DNA from: Candidatus Saccharimonadota bacterium
GTDB taxonomy: Bacteria; Patescibacteriota; Microgenomatia; UBA1406; GWC2-37-13
NCBI GenBank assembly: GCA_016432445.1
Contig: CP066689.1
Location: 900,001-932,000 of the forward strand
DNA length: 32,000 bases
Direction: 5' to 3'
Of the stretch, positions 25,223 to 32,000 are shown piece by piece. The notes beneath the pieces are model-generated. The model saw only the letters and a program-made list of their open reading frames with translations. It made no database searches and had not been told where the DNA came from. The position numbers were made by a program, and so were the translations under genes. Every line of letters starts with the position of its first letter. Position 1 is the first letter of the stretch.

Positions 25223-25250
25223 TTGACTATTAATAAATAAAACTTATACT
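25223..25250 (+). promoter_or_regulatory. Promoter TTGACT-N16-TATACT, leaderless layout
   Basis: TTGACT at 25223-25228 and TATACT at 25245-25250. The ATG at 25261 is 10 nt after the -10 box. Confidence 0.45.
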
Positions 25251-25260
25251 TATATAAAGT

Positions 25261-25665
25261 ATGACAATTGAACCAGGTAAATCAAAAATGAATGCGTGGA
25301 TTACTTTTATCGGAGTCGTCCTTCTTCTCATTGGAATTTATGCCTCAGTAAAAACTGTTGTCAACCTAACCCTTTTTGAAAAGTATCCGCAAACTGGCGT
25401 TTTGTCAATCAATTTTTTTGGTGCTCCTACCTATTATCAGCGGGAACAAGACTGTCTTTACCCACAAACTTACTATACTCCTGACGGCCAGAAAACAAGA
25501 CAACCTAATGAAGAAGAAAAAACAAGAGAAAAAAATCAGCAAAAAATCTGTGTTGAAGGCGTAAAAGAACAGCGGCAAACCGCTAAGATTAACGACATTA
25601 GTCAGTCTCTTTTATTTCTTTTCTTGGGAGCTGGTGTCTTAGCCGCCCGCAAAATATTCTTCTAA
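25261..25665 (+). CDS. Two-TM membrane protein with a charged Gln/Glu/Lys-rich loop, unknown function
   Basis: TM helices at both ends (WITFIGVVLLLIGIYA; LLFLFLGAGVLAA). Confidence 0.55.
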   Translation: MTIEPGKSKMNAWITFIGVVLLLIGIYASVKTVVNLTLFEKYPQTGVLSINFFGAPTYYQREQDCLYPQTYYTPDGQKTRQPNEEEKTREKNQQKICVEGVKEQRQTAKINDISQSLLFLFLGAGVLAARKIFF

Positions 25666-25669
25666 CTAC

Positions 25670-26212
25670 ATGTATTTATTGTTTCTCTTAATCCCAGTCG
25701 TTGGAGTAATTTTCTTTTTTACCTCTTCCCGGTTATCTCCTATTCCCTACTTTCCTTCAAATATAAAAGACATCGACCTAATCATAAAAGCTTTAAGTTT
25801 AAAAAATAATCAGATCATAATTGATCTTGGAGCCGGAGATGGCCTGATAGTATTTGAGGCTGCCAAAATGACTTTTGAGAAGAAATTAAACACTAAGTTT
25901 ATTGCTGTTGAGATCAATCCGGTTTTGTTGCTAATCCTTCATTGGAAAAAATTTTTTCATGAAAACAAAAAAAATATTCAAATAGTTTTTGGAAATATGT
26001 TTAAAATGAATTACTCAAAATTACTCCCTAAACATAAATCTCAAATAACCTACTATCTTTATATTTCCCCATGGTTTTTGGAAAAAACTATCGCTAACAT
26101 CAAAAATCAGTTAAAAAATTTTTATATAATCACTTATATGTACTCTATCCCAAAAAGGAAAGAGATTAAAAAAATTAAAGGAAAAAATAATATTTTTACA
26201 TATAAATTTTAA
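25670..26212 (+). CDS. Membrane-anchored class I SAM-dependent methyltransferase
   Basis: An N-terminal TM helix is followed by IIIDLGAGDGLIVFEAA (motif I). The stop codon overlaps the next start as TAATG. Confidence 0.6.
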   Translation: MYLLFLLIPVVGVIFFFTSSRLSPIPYFPSNIKDIDLIIKALSLKNNQIIIDLGAGDGLIVFEAAKMTFEKKLNTKFIAVEINPVLLLILHWKKFFHENKKNIQIVFGNMFKMNYSKLLPKHKSQITYYLYISPWFLEKTIANIKNQLKNFYIITYMYSIPKRKEIKKIKGKNNIFTYKF

Positions 26213-26775
26213 TGATCACATTAATAGCCAATATTGATCGAGGAATCACCGCTTTTCTTTATAATTTCTTCCCTCATAATCAATTTTTTGACTATATTTT
26301 TTCTTTTTTCTCTTTTTATGGAAGTTCAATAATCATCTGGTTTATTGCTGCCTTGCTTCTTGTCATTTTTGCCGAAAAAAAGAATAAAAAATTCATCATT
26401 TATCTTGCCGTGGCCTTATTAATAACCCTTTTTTTGACAAATGTTGTTTTTAAAAATGTTTTTCACCGCGTAAGACCTGTTCAAACTCCAAATACCTCTA
26501 TAAGCTGTCCTAAAGATTTTAGTTTCCCTTCAGGTCATGCCTCTGCCGCTTTTGCCGGAGCCGTTGTTTTGGCTGTTTTTGATAAAAAAAGGAAATATTT
26601 CTACTATGGAACCGCTATTCTCATTGCATACTCCCGCATTTACCTTGGCTGCCATTATTTTTTGGATGTTTTAGGAGGAAGTATTGTCGGTTCTATTGTC
26701 GCTTATCTAACTCTACGATTCGGTCAGATTTTTTTGGATTGTTTTCGCGGTTGTACTACTAAAAATTCTTCATAG
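26212..26775 (+). CDS. PAP2-family phosphatase (undecaprenyl-diphosphate / phosphatidate phosphatase type)
   Basis: KNVFHRVRP (the KxxxxxxRP motif), PSGHAS and SRIYLGCHYFLDVLGG (the SRxxxxxHxxxD motif). Confidence 0.85.
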   Translation: MITLIANIDRGITAFLYNFFPHNQFFDYIFSFFSFYGSSIIIWFIAALLLVIFAEKKNKKFIIYLAVALLITLFLTNVVFKNVFHRVRPVQTPNTSISCPKDFSFPSGHASAAFAGAVVLAVFDKKRKYFYYGTAILIAYSRIYLGCHYFLDVLGGSIVGSIVAYLTLRFGQIFLDCFRGCTTKNSS

Positions 26776-29060
26776 TGTTCTGGAGGGAAAAGACAGCCAT
26801 GCATGCTAATTGTTCCATCCGTTCCAACAATCGGTTGAGTGACTCTGTCTTTTCCATAACGCGGATCATCTTTATGTTTATCGCCTGCACCCATGTAACC
26901 TTCTTTTTTATACGGATTGGACATGTCTACAACAGGATAAAATCCATGCTCACAGCAATTTTTAATTCCATATCCTCGAGCTTTAAGCACCATTTGTCTT
27001 CTAACAATATATTTACTTCTTGATCCTGTTCTTTTCCCAGGTCTACCCTCAATAATAACGACTTTTCCATTTAGTCTATCTAAGAAAAAATTATAGGTAG
27101 TTTCATCATCAGATTTTTCAATTTCAAATCCCTGATTTTCTAAAGAAGCTAAGTAATTTTCAGTAACCTTCTCCATAACTGCAATACGCTGTTCAAGGAG
27201 CAAATCATGTCCTTTAACCGGTCCTACCAGCCAAAATCCATAACTAAATATGTCATTTATATTTTCCGGATCTTCTTCGAAGCTTTTTCTTAAGAAAGAG
27301 TTAAAAAGCTTCCAAGGTTTTTGATCTACAATAAAATAATACTGACCGTTTGACCTAATTTCCATAATATTATCCATGTTCTCTTCTCTGATTCTGTAAA
27401 CTTTATTGGGAACAACTTTACCAAAATATTTTAATATGCTATCATCAAAAAATTTATTGCCGGCTTCAAATTTCCGATCAAAAATGTGTTTTGCCAAAAG
27501 AGCCTTAAAAAAAATAAGTATTTTCCTGCCTGATTCAAACTTAACTACTCGATTAGAATCCTGAAATGCATACATACAAAGTTCCGGCAAGTAAGCGCCC
27601 CTTGTTTCATTTCTTTCTTCATGTGCCTGATAGAGTCTGCTTAATTTTGGGTCATGCGCCTTTAATATTTCACCAAATTCAGGAATATATTTATCTATTT
27701 CCCGAAAGACACCTTCAACGTATTTTGTCTCAAATCCAAAAGCCTCAGCAATAAAATTAATGAAACTTTTATGTAGTCGCGTCTTGAAATCAGTATTGAC
27801 TTCGCCATATGTCCCAAGTTTTCTAAATAAAGTCTGGGGAGTTTCATTATTTTCTAAAGCAGCTGCTGTAAAACCGTTTAGCATAAAAGATTGTAAGGCT
27901 ACTGCTGTCTTTGTGGTCATAGCGGCATTACTTTTTGTCTGTGTTAGTAAGGTCAATAAATGCAATATATCAACACCTCGGTTGCCTTTATTTAAACCTA
28001 GTTTAATCAAATCTGCTTGCCATTTCGCCCTAGTTTTAATTTTATTTAAATTAGTGAGGCCGTTTTTTTCCTCTTCAACACCAAAAATTTTTTCACCCCA
28101 TATTTTTTCCGTATCACTTGTTAATGCTTGTACTGTTAATCCTAAGGCATGAAGATTAATGATCGTGCGCTCCTGAAGTTTTGCAAATTCCTGACCAAGC
28201 TCTGTTTCTTTACCTCTAAAGTATTCTGCATACATTTCTGCATTTACTTCATCTATTGCTATCCTTATAAAACTTTCTGCATTACCAGGTCCAAACGCCT
28301 CTTCAATATCTTTATAAATATCAGCCAGTAAACGATATGGTTTTTTACATTGTTCTTTAACAATAGGTTTCGCACAAATATTTTTTATTACTCTTTTTTT
28401 AATTTCTTCTTCTGTTTCAGTAAGAAAATCTAGCAAACCCTCTAGTGCATTTTCTCTTTTTAAACGACTTAAAGGAGAGATCTGAATTCCTGAGGAACCT
28501 ATATTAGCACTACTTTCAATAAGTTTTAAACCTCTTACTTGACCGCGTATTTGAGCTTTACGAAGTTCATCTATACTAATCTGAACGATTTGTTCTATTT
28601 TGTCCTGTTCTTTATCGCTAGCATGGGCTTTAGCTATTTGAGTAGATAACACAGGAAAACTTACTAATGAAGTTTCTCGATCTTCGTTGGCATATTTTCC
28701 AAAAGGAATAGTATAGGTATAAGCGTCTTTCCCCTCAACAATATATATTGGCAACTTATCTGAATAAGGCATAATATGCAGTGTTGTTTCTTCTCTAGTC
28801 TCTCTGTAAGCGGCTTCTAAGTCAGATTCACCAGGATTCTTTTGTCCTCCAATCGGAGTTAACATATTGGCTGAAGCAACGCTTTGTCTGGATTTCAGCG
28901 CCATGTTAATCTCGATTAACGTAGGTTCTAATCCATCTCTCAATGTTGAAAGCGCTTGCTTTGCAGTAATAATACTCCATGGATAAACTCTCACAACAGG
29001 AATGCGAGTTCTTTTTTCTCCCTCAAGGTTACCCCATACTTTTGCTTCAAAAGAAGACAT
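26724..29060 (-). CDS. Large (~780 aa) cytoplasmic protein: N-terminal Nudix hydrolase domain plus ~590 aa of unassigned helical and alpha/beta sequence with a Cys/His-rich C-terminus
   Basis: The Nudix box GQKNPGESDLEAAYRETREETTL fits Gx5Ex7REUxEExGU except at the last G. No signal peptide or TM helix. I prefer ATG 29060 (MSSFEAKVWG) as the start; the track uses TTG 29075. Confidence 0.7.
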   Translation of the reverse strand: MSSFEAKVWGNLEGEKRTRIPVVRVYPWSIITAKQALSTLRDGLEPTLIEINMALKSRQSVASANMLTPIGGQKNPGESDLEAAYRETREETTLHIMPYSDKLPIYIVEGKDAYTYTIPFGKYANEDRETSLVSFPVLSTQIAKAHASDKEQDKIEQIVQISIDELRKAQIRGQVRGLKLIESSANIGSSGIQISPLSRLKRENALEGLLDFLTETEEEIKKRVIKNICAKPIVKEQCKKPYRLLADIYKDIEEAFGPGNAESFIRIAIDEVNAEMYAEYFRGKETELGQEFAKLQERTIINLHALGLTVQALTSDTEKIWGEKIFGVEEEKNGLTNLNKIKTRAKWQADLIKLGLNKGNRGVDILHLLTLLTQTKSNAAMTTKTAVALQSFMLNGFTAAALENNETPQTLFRKLGTYGEVNTDFKTRLHKSFINFIAEAFGFETKYVEGVFREIDKYIPEFGEILKAHDPKLSRLYQAHEERNETRGAYLPELCMYAFQDSNRVVKFESGRKILIFFKALLAKHIFDRKFEAGNKFFDDSILKYFGKVVPNKVYRIREENMDNIMEIRSNGQYYFIVDQKPWKLFNSFLRKSFEEDPENINDIFSYGFWLVGPVKGHDLLLEQRIAVMEKVTENYLASLENQGFEIEKSDDETTYNFFLDRLNGKVVIIEGRPGKRTGSRSKYIVRRQMVLKARGYGIKNCCEHGFYPVVDMSNPYKKEGYMGAGDKHKDDPRYGKDRVTQPIVGTDGTISMHGCLFPPEHYEEFLVVQPRKQSKKI

Positions 29061-29092
29061 ATAAAAATTAGCCAAATAAATATTTTATAGGA

Positions 29093-30421
29093 TTATATCA
29101 CATCAAAGCTTCCTCGATACATCCCCATGCCGCAGGAGAAGGAAATACGGCCTATCTCTTCTGGAGTAAATTCAATGATATTATCGCCTCTTTCTAAAAG
29201 TTTTTGAACTCCAAGTTTAGGAACAACTAAAAATCCTTGACAGCCAAAAACATTTTGTCCTTTAATAACCCACCTTACCGGAACTTTGCTTTTAACAGTA
29301 AATAAGTTAGGAGAATAACCACTTGAGTTAACATTCATTGTTGCTATTTGGTAACCGTTTTTAATCTCAACAGTTGAAGAACCGCTGGCTGAAGCAGAAA
29401 AACCTGGAAAACTTATCCCTTGAAGCGCAAGAAAATTGGAAAAGTAACTGAGACCTACAAGCAAAATCACAACGCCGACAACTCTGTAAAAAACTGCATA
29501 ATATTTTGATTTAGTAAACGCTGAAGCCAAACCAATCACCATAAGCATAGGAACTGTTCCTAAAGCAAATATTCCCATTGTCAAAGCGCTTTTCACCGGA
29601 TCGGCTTGTCCTAAAGCATAAAGCTGAACAGTTTGGGTAAAACCACAAGGCAAAAGATAAGTAATCGCACCTAAGAAAAATGAAGTTTTTTTAGGATGAA
29701 GCAAAAGTTTATGTTCAAGTTTTTGAAAAATACCTTTAGTAAATGACGTTGAGATTACAGAGGAAAACTGAATTAATTTCAACATATTAAGTCCCACCAC
29801 AACCATCATAACAGCTACAAATAACGAAAGAATTGAACCTAACTGGAAATTATTGGATAAAGTCTTGCCTACAAAACCTGTTAAAAAACCAAAGACTGTA
29901 TAGGTTAGTACCCGACCAACATTAAAACTTAAAGCCGGGATAATATTTTCAGTAACTGATACGCCGGTTTTTTTAAGTTTACCAATGGTTGCTAAAAATA
30001 ATGCACCTGATGTGGCCATACAGGTTGAGGTTGAAGCAATCAAGCCTAAGATAAACACTGTTGACAGAGTTAATCCGGCGGCAGTATTAAACTCAGGCAG
30101 AAGATTCAGTTCTTGAGCAAAAAAATAAAGAATAAAAAATATAACAGCTATAGCTCCCGCATTAAAAACACGGTTAAGATAAGGTTCTGTTTCTTCTCTT
30201 TCTCCTTTTTCTAAAATCGCATATCCATACTGAATAATCTTGCGATTTAGCGTGTGATGATTTAAATGCCCAGTGTAATAAACTTCTGTTTTTTGGGTGC
30301 GGAAATTGGCTTTAACTTTTTTTACATTATCAACTTCTGCAAACTTATCCTGAATCAAAATATCACAGGAAGGACAGTGCATTCCTTTAATATGCACTGT
30401 TGTTTTTTTTATGTCAGTCAT
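29093..30421 (-). CDS. Heavy-metal transporter fusion: N-terminal HMA domain, TauE/SafE- or DsbD-like permease, and C-terminal cupredoxin-like domain
   Basis: TVHIKGMHCPSCDILIQDKF (HMA, the GMxCxxC motif), then about 6-8 TM helices. The C-terminus GYSPNLFTVK...FGCQGF...EFTPEE.GRISFSCGMGMYRG parallels the free cupredoxin-like protein at 30757. Confidence 0.75.
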   Translation of the reverse strand: MTDIKKTTVHIKGMHCPSCDILIQDKFAEVDNVKKVKANFRTQKTEVYYTGHLNHHTLNRKIIQYGYAILEKGEREETEPYLNRVFNAGAIAVIFFILYFFAQELNLLPEFNTAAGLTLSTVFILGLIASTSTCMATSGALFLATIGKLKKTGVSVTENIIPALSFNVGRVLTYTVFGFLTGFVGKTLSNNFQLGSILSLFVAVMMVVVGLNMLKLIQFSSVISTSFTKGIFQKLEHKLLLHPKKTSFFLGAITYLLPCGFTQTVQLYALGQADPVKSALTMGIFALGTVPMLMVIGLASAFTKSKYYAVFYRVVGVVILLVGLSYFSNFLALQGISFPGFSASASGSSTVEIKNGYQIATMNVNSSGYSPNLFTVKSKVPVRWVIKGQNVFGCQGFLVVPKLGVQKLLERGDNIIEFTPEEIGRISFSCGMGMYRGSFDVI

Positions 30422-30436
30422 AGATAATTATTTTAC

Positions 30437-30483
30437 TTGATTTTACTTATAAATCAATTTATAATATCCCTATGGGGGGGATT
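30437..30483 (+). promoter_or_regulatory. csoR promoter (TTGATT-N17-TATAAT) overlapped by a CsoR-type operator ATATCCCTATGGGGGGGAT
   Basis: TTGATT at 30437-30442 and TATAAT at 30460-30465. The pseudo-palindrome ATCCC-N5-GGGAT within 30464-30483 resembles known CsoR boxes (TACCC..GGGGGTA type). It lies in the divergent spacer shared with the transporter gene. Confidence 0.55.
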
Positions 30484-30487
30484 ACAC

Positions 30488-30757
30488 ATGTTTAAACCAA
30501 AAAATACAAAAGAACGGATTCTTCACCGCCTAAAAATATCCTTAGGCCATTTAAAAAAAATTGTTGAAATGGTTGAAAACCAACAGTACTGTATTGACAT
30601 CTTACACCAATCGCAAGCGGTTCAAAAAGCTTTAAAAGAAACAGATAATATCATACTGGAAAATCATCTTAAATCATGCGCCGCTGACGCTATAAAAAAA
30701 GGCAATAAAGATAAAGCCATTGCCGAAATTATTACTATTTTTAAGAAAAGTAACTAA
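30488..30757 (+). CDS. csoR: CsoR/RcnR-family metal-sensing repressor
   Basis: RLKISLGHLKKIVEMVENQQYCIDILHQSQAVQKAL...HLKSC carries the C-H-C ligand pattern. The start is set at ATG 30488. The track's TTG at 30437 is the -35 box. Confidence 0.85.
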   Translation: MFKPKNTKERILHRLKISLGHLKKIVEMVENQQYCIDILHQSQAVQKALKETDNIILENHLKSCAADAIKKGNKDKAIAEIITIFKKSN

Positions 30758-31119
30758 TGAGCTTTGATAAAGTTTTAGTCATCGTAAGCGGCATTATTGG
30801 AATTGTTTTCACTTACTGGTTTTTTTTGGCCAAACGTGAAAAAGTTACCGAAATTGCAGACTCTTCTGTTGATATCATTGTTGAAGGCGGCTACTCCCCT
30901 AATATTATTGCTATTCCAAAGAATAAAACTACAAAAATAAATTTTTTAAGAAAAGATTCAAATGATTGTTTGGATGAAGTGGTTTTAGGTGATTTTAAAA
31001 TAAGAAAAAAACTCCCGCTTAATGAAAAAGTAACTATTGAGCTGACACCTAAAAAATCCGGGGAGTTTACTTACTCCTGCGGAATGAATATGTACCACGG
31101 GAAGATCATAGTTAAGTAA
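30757..31119 (+). CDS. Membrane-anchored cupredoxin-like metal-binding protein
   Basis: An N-terminal TM helix is followed by GGYSPNIIAIPKNK...DC...ELTPKKSGEFTYSCGMNMYHG. The TAATG overlap with csoR suggests coupling. Confidence 0.7.
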   Translation: MSFDKVLVIVSGIIGIVFTYWFFLAKREKVTEIADSSVDIIVEGGYSPNIIAIPKNKTTKINFLRKDSNDCLDEVVLGDFKIRKKLPLNEKVTIELTPKKSGEFTYSCGMNMYHGKIIVK

Positions 31120-31223
31120 ATCCAAATTTCAAAATCCAAATAACAAATGTCAAACATTCATTTAACATTTGACATTTGAGCTTTGGATTTGATTTGACAT
31201 TTGTCATTTGGATTTTAGATTTA
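31118..31223. repeat. Long imperfect inverted repeat built from AAATCCAAA / AAATGTCAAA words and their complements
   Basis: AAATCCAAATAACAAATGTCAAA (31132-31154) matches the reverse complement of TTTGACATTTGAGCTTTGGATTT (31168-31190) at 20 of 23 positions, with a 13-nt loop. Extra copies of the same words flank it. It sits between the cupredoxin stop codon and the copA start codon. Confidence 0.5.
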
Positions 31224-31228
31224 AAGAT

Positions 31229-32000
31229 ATGAATATAAAAAAAACATTTGCTATTAAAGGCATGCATTGCGCTTCTTGCGTTTATGTTATTGAAAGCGCT
31301 TTAAAAAAAGTTAATGGCGTAAGCCAAGCCAATGTTAACTTAGCTATTGAAAAAGCGACAGTTACTTATGATCCTGAAAAAGTAACAGATGAAAAATTAA
31401 TGTCTGCTGTAGCCAACGTAGGTTATAAGGCTTCAATTAAAGAAGAAATAGAAACAGAGGATAAAGAAAAAGAGGAAAAACAACAAGAATTAAAAAAACT
31501 TTTAACAGAGGTTATTGTCAGTTTAGGTTTAGGATTACTCATTCTTTTTGGAAGTTTTCCTAAATTATCAGATTTTGCTCCTGTAATTTTAAAAAATCCG
31601 CTAGTTTTGTTAATCTTAGCCACTCCGGTTCAGTTTTGGGCAGGCTCAAGATTTTATCGAGCCACTATCCCTGCCCTTAAGCACCGTACTGCCAACATGG
31701 ACACTTTGGTAGTAATAGGAACAACAGTCGCCTACTTTTACTCCGCCATTGTTACCTTCTTTCCGGATGTAGTAAAAAAAATAGGTATTGAACCAATGCC
31801 TTACTTTGATGTATCAGTAATAATAATTGCTCTTATTTTACTCGGACGTTATTTTGAAGCTAAAGCCAAGGCTGGGACATCAGAGGCAATTAAAAAACTT
31901 ATCGGTCTTCAAGCAAAAACAGCAAGAGTTATCCGTAATGGAAAAGAAATTGACGTACTCATAAATGAAGTACTGATCGGTGATGTCATAAGAGTCAGAC
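31229..32000 (+). CDS. copA: Copper-translocating P1B-type ATPase, N-terminal part; continues beyond the window
   Basis: My own translation is MNIKKTFAIKGMHCASCVYVIESALKKVNGV... (HMA domain), then TM helices with ANMDTLVVIGTTVAYFYS, LLGRYFEAKAKAGTSEAIKKL and ...VLIGDVIRVR. The frame is open to the window end, so it is absent from the ORF track. Confidence 0.9.
   Translation, partial: MNIKKTFAIKGMHCASCVYVIESALKKVNGVSQANVNLAIEKATVTYDPEKVTDEKLMSAVANVGYKASIKEEIETEDKEKEEKQQELKKLLTEVIVSLGLGLLILFGSFPKLSDFAPVILKNPLVLLILATPVQFWAGSRFYRATIPALKHRTANMDTLVVIGTTVAYFYSAIVTFFPDVVKKIGIEPMPYFDVSVIIIALILLGRYFEAKAKAGTSEAIKKLIGLQAKTARVIRNGKEIDVLINEVLIGDVIRVR

Noticed and set aside
26724-27100. C-terminal motifs of the 783-aa protein resembling a P-loop (EGRPGKRTGS), an L,D-transpeptidase SxHGC motif (ISMHGCL), or a RelA/SpoT-type synthetase (INDIFSYGFWLVGP ... 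YIVRRQM).
   Set aside because: GRPGKRT does not fit GxxxxGK[ST]. The protein has no signal peptide, and the spacing between HG and SxHGC is far from YkuD domains. The RSH-like resemblance lacks the D-x-x-G-x-R and ExQxRT signatures. All three are too weak to call.
25120-29075. tRNA-Leu as an integration site for a genomic island comprising the downstream membrane protein, methyltransferase, PAP2 and Nudix giant genes.
   Set aside because: I could find no integrase or recombinase, no direct repeat of the tRNA 3' end downstream, and no obvious shift in composition.
7301-31223. Whether the word-like intergenic repeats constitute a CRISPR array or a mobile element.
   Set aside because: There is no series of identical 25-40 nt direct repeats with unique spacers of regular length. 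The repeats are mostly inverted, each locus uses a different word, and there are no cas, transposase or integrase genes in the window.
1-32000. An alternative genetic code (UGA recoded as in some CPR lineages) or widespread pseudogenisation.
   Set aside because: Long ORFs with intact family motifs terminate at TGA as well as at TAA and TAG (for example GT39 at 12860-12862 and the LCP-like gene at 7340-7342). No conserved domain is interrupted by in-frame stops.

Overview
AT-rich (about one third GC by eye), tightly packed bacterial window with frequent strand switches. I count about 33 credible protein genes, one tRNA-Leu(CAA) and one candidate RNase P RNA. There are no rRNA genes, CRISPR arrays, transposases or integrases. 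The standard genetic code fits: long ORFs are intact and TGA is used as a stop. Gene content and style point to a reduced-genome, CPR/Patescibacteria-like organism, but that is inference only. The supporting traits are murF-ddl, an LCP-like protein, a GT39 glycosyltransferase, Lgt, a small DksA, a TIGR00725/LOG-like protein, many small membrane proteins, sparse Shine-Dalgarno sites and several promoters placed for leaderless mRNAs.

Blocks in order:
- 1-3.9 kb: cell wall and stress genes (murF', ddl, GerMN-like, Fe/Mn SOD, polysaccharide deacetylase).
- 4.2-4.7 kb: rnpB candidate.
- 4.7-11.2 kb: housekeeping and envelope genes (YebC, TPR protein, LCP-like, CPA2 antiporter with RCK domain, DksA, Lgt).
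- 11.3-15 kb: glycan cluster (GT39, SDR epimerase, flippase-like).
- 15-17.3 kb: CBS protein and M29 aminopeptidase.
- 17.3-25 kb: pyrimidine island.
- 25.1-26.8 kb: tRNA-Leu, a membrane protein, a methyltransferase and PAP2.
- 26.7-29.1 kb: a 783-aa Nudix-headed protein that is otherwise unrecognisable.
- 29.1-32 kb: copper island (HMA-permease-cupredoxin fusion, CsoR with operator, free cupredoxin, CopA N-terminus).

The pyrimidine island is the most interesting part. It holds pyrE, pyrF, a LOG-like gene and a PyrD fused to a second PRTase. It also holds a tight three-gene operon: a 137-aa orphan, ArgG fused to a CarB-type MGS-like allosteric domain, and a CodA-type amidohydrolase with altered catalytic residues. 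No carAB, pyrB or pyrC is present in the window. I propose, as inference only, that this operon provides a non-canonical entry into pyrimidine synthesis. Secondary leads are the Nudix giant protein, an oversized RNase P RNA, a nested structured element upstream of pyrF, and intergenic inverted repeats built from short words.
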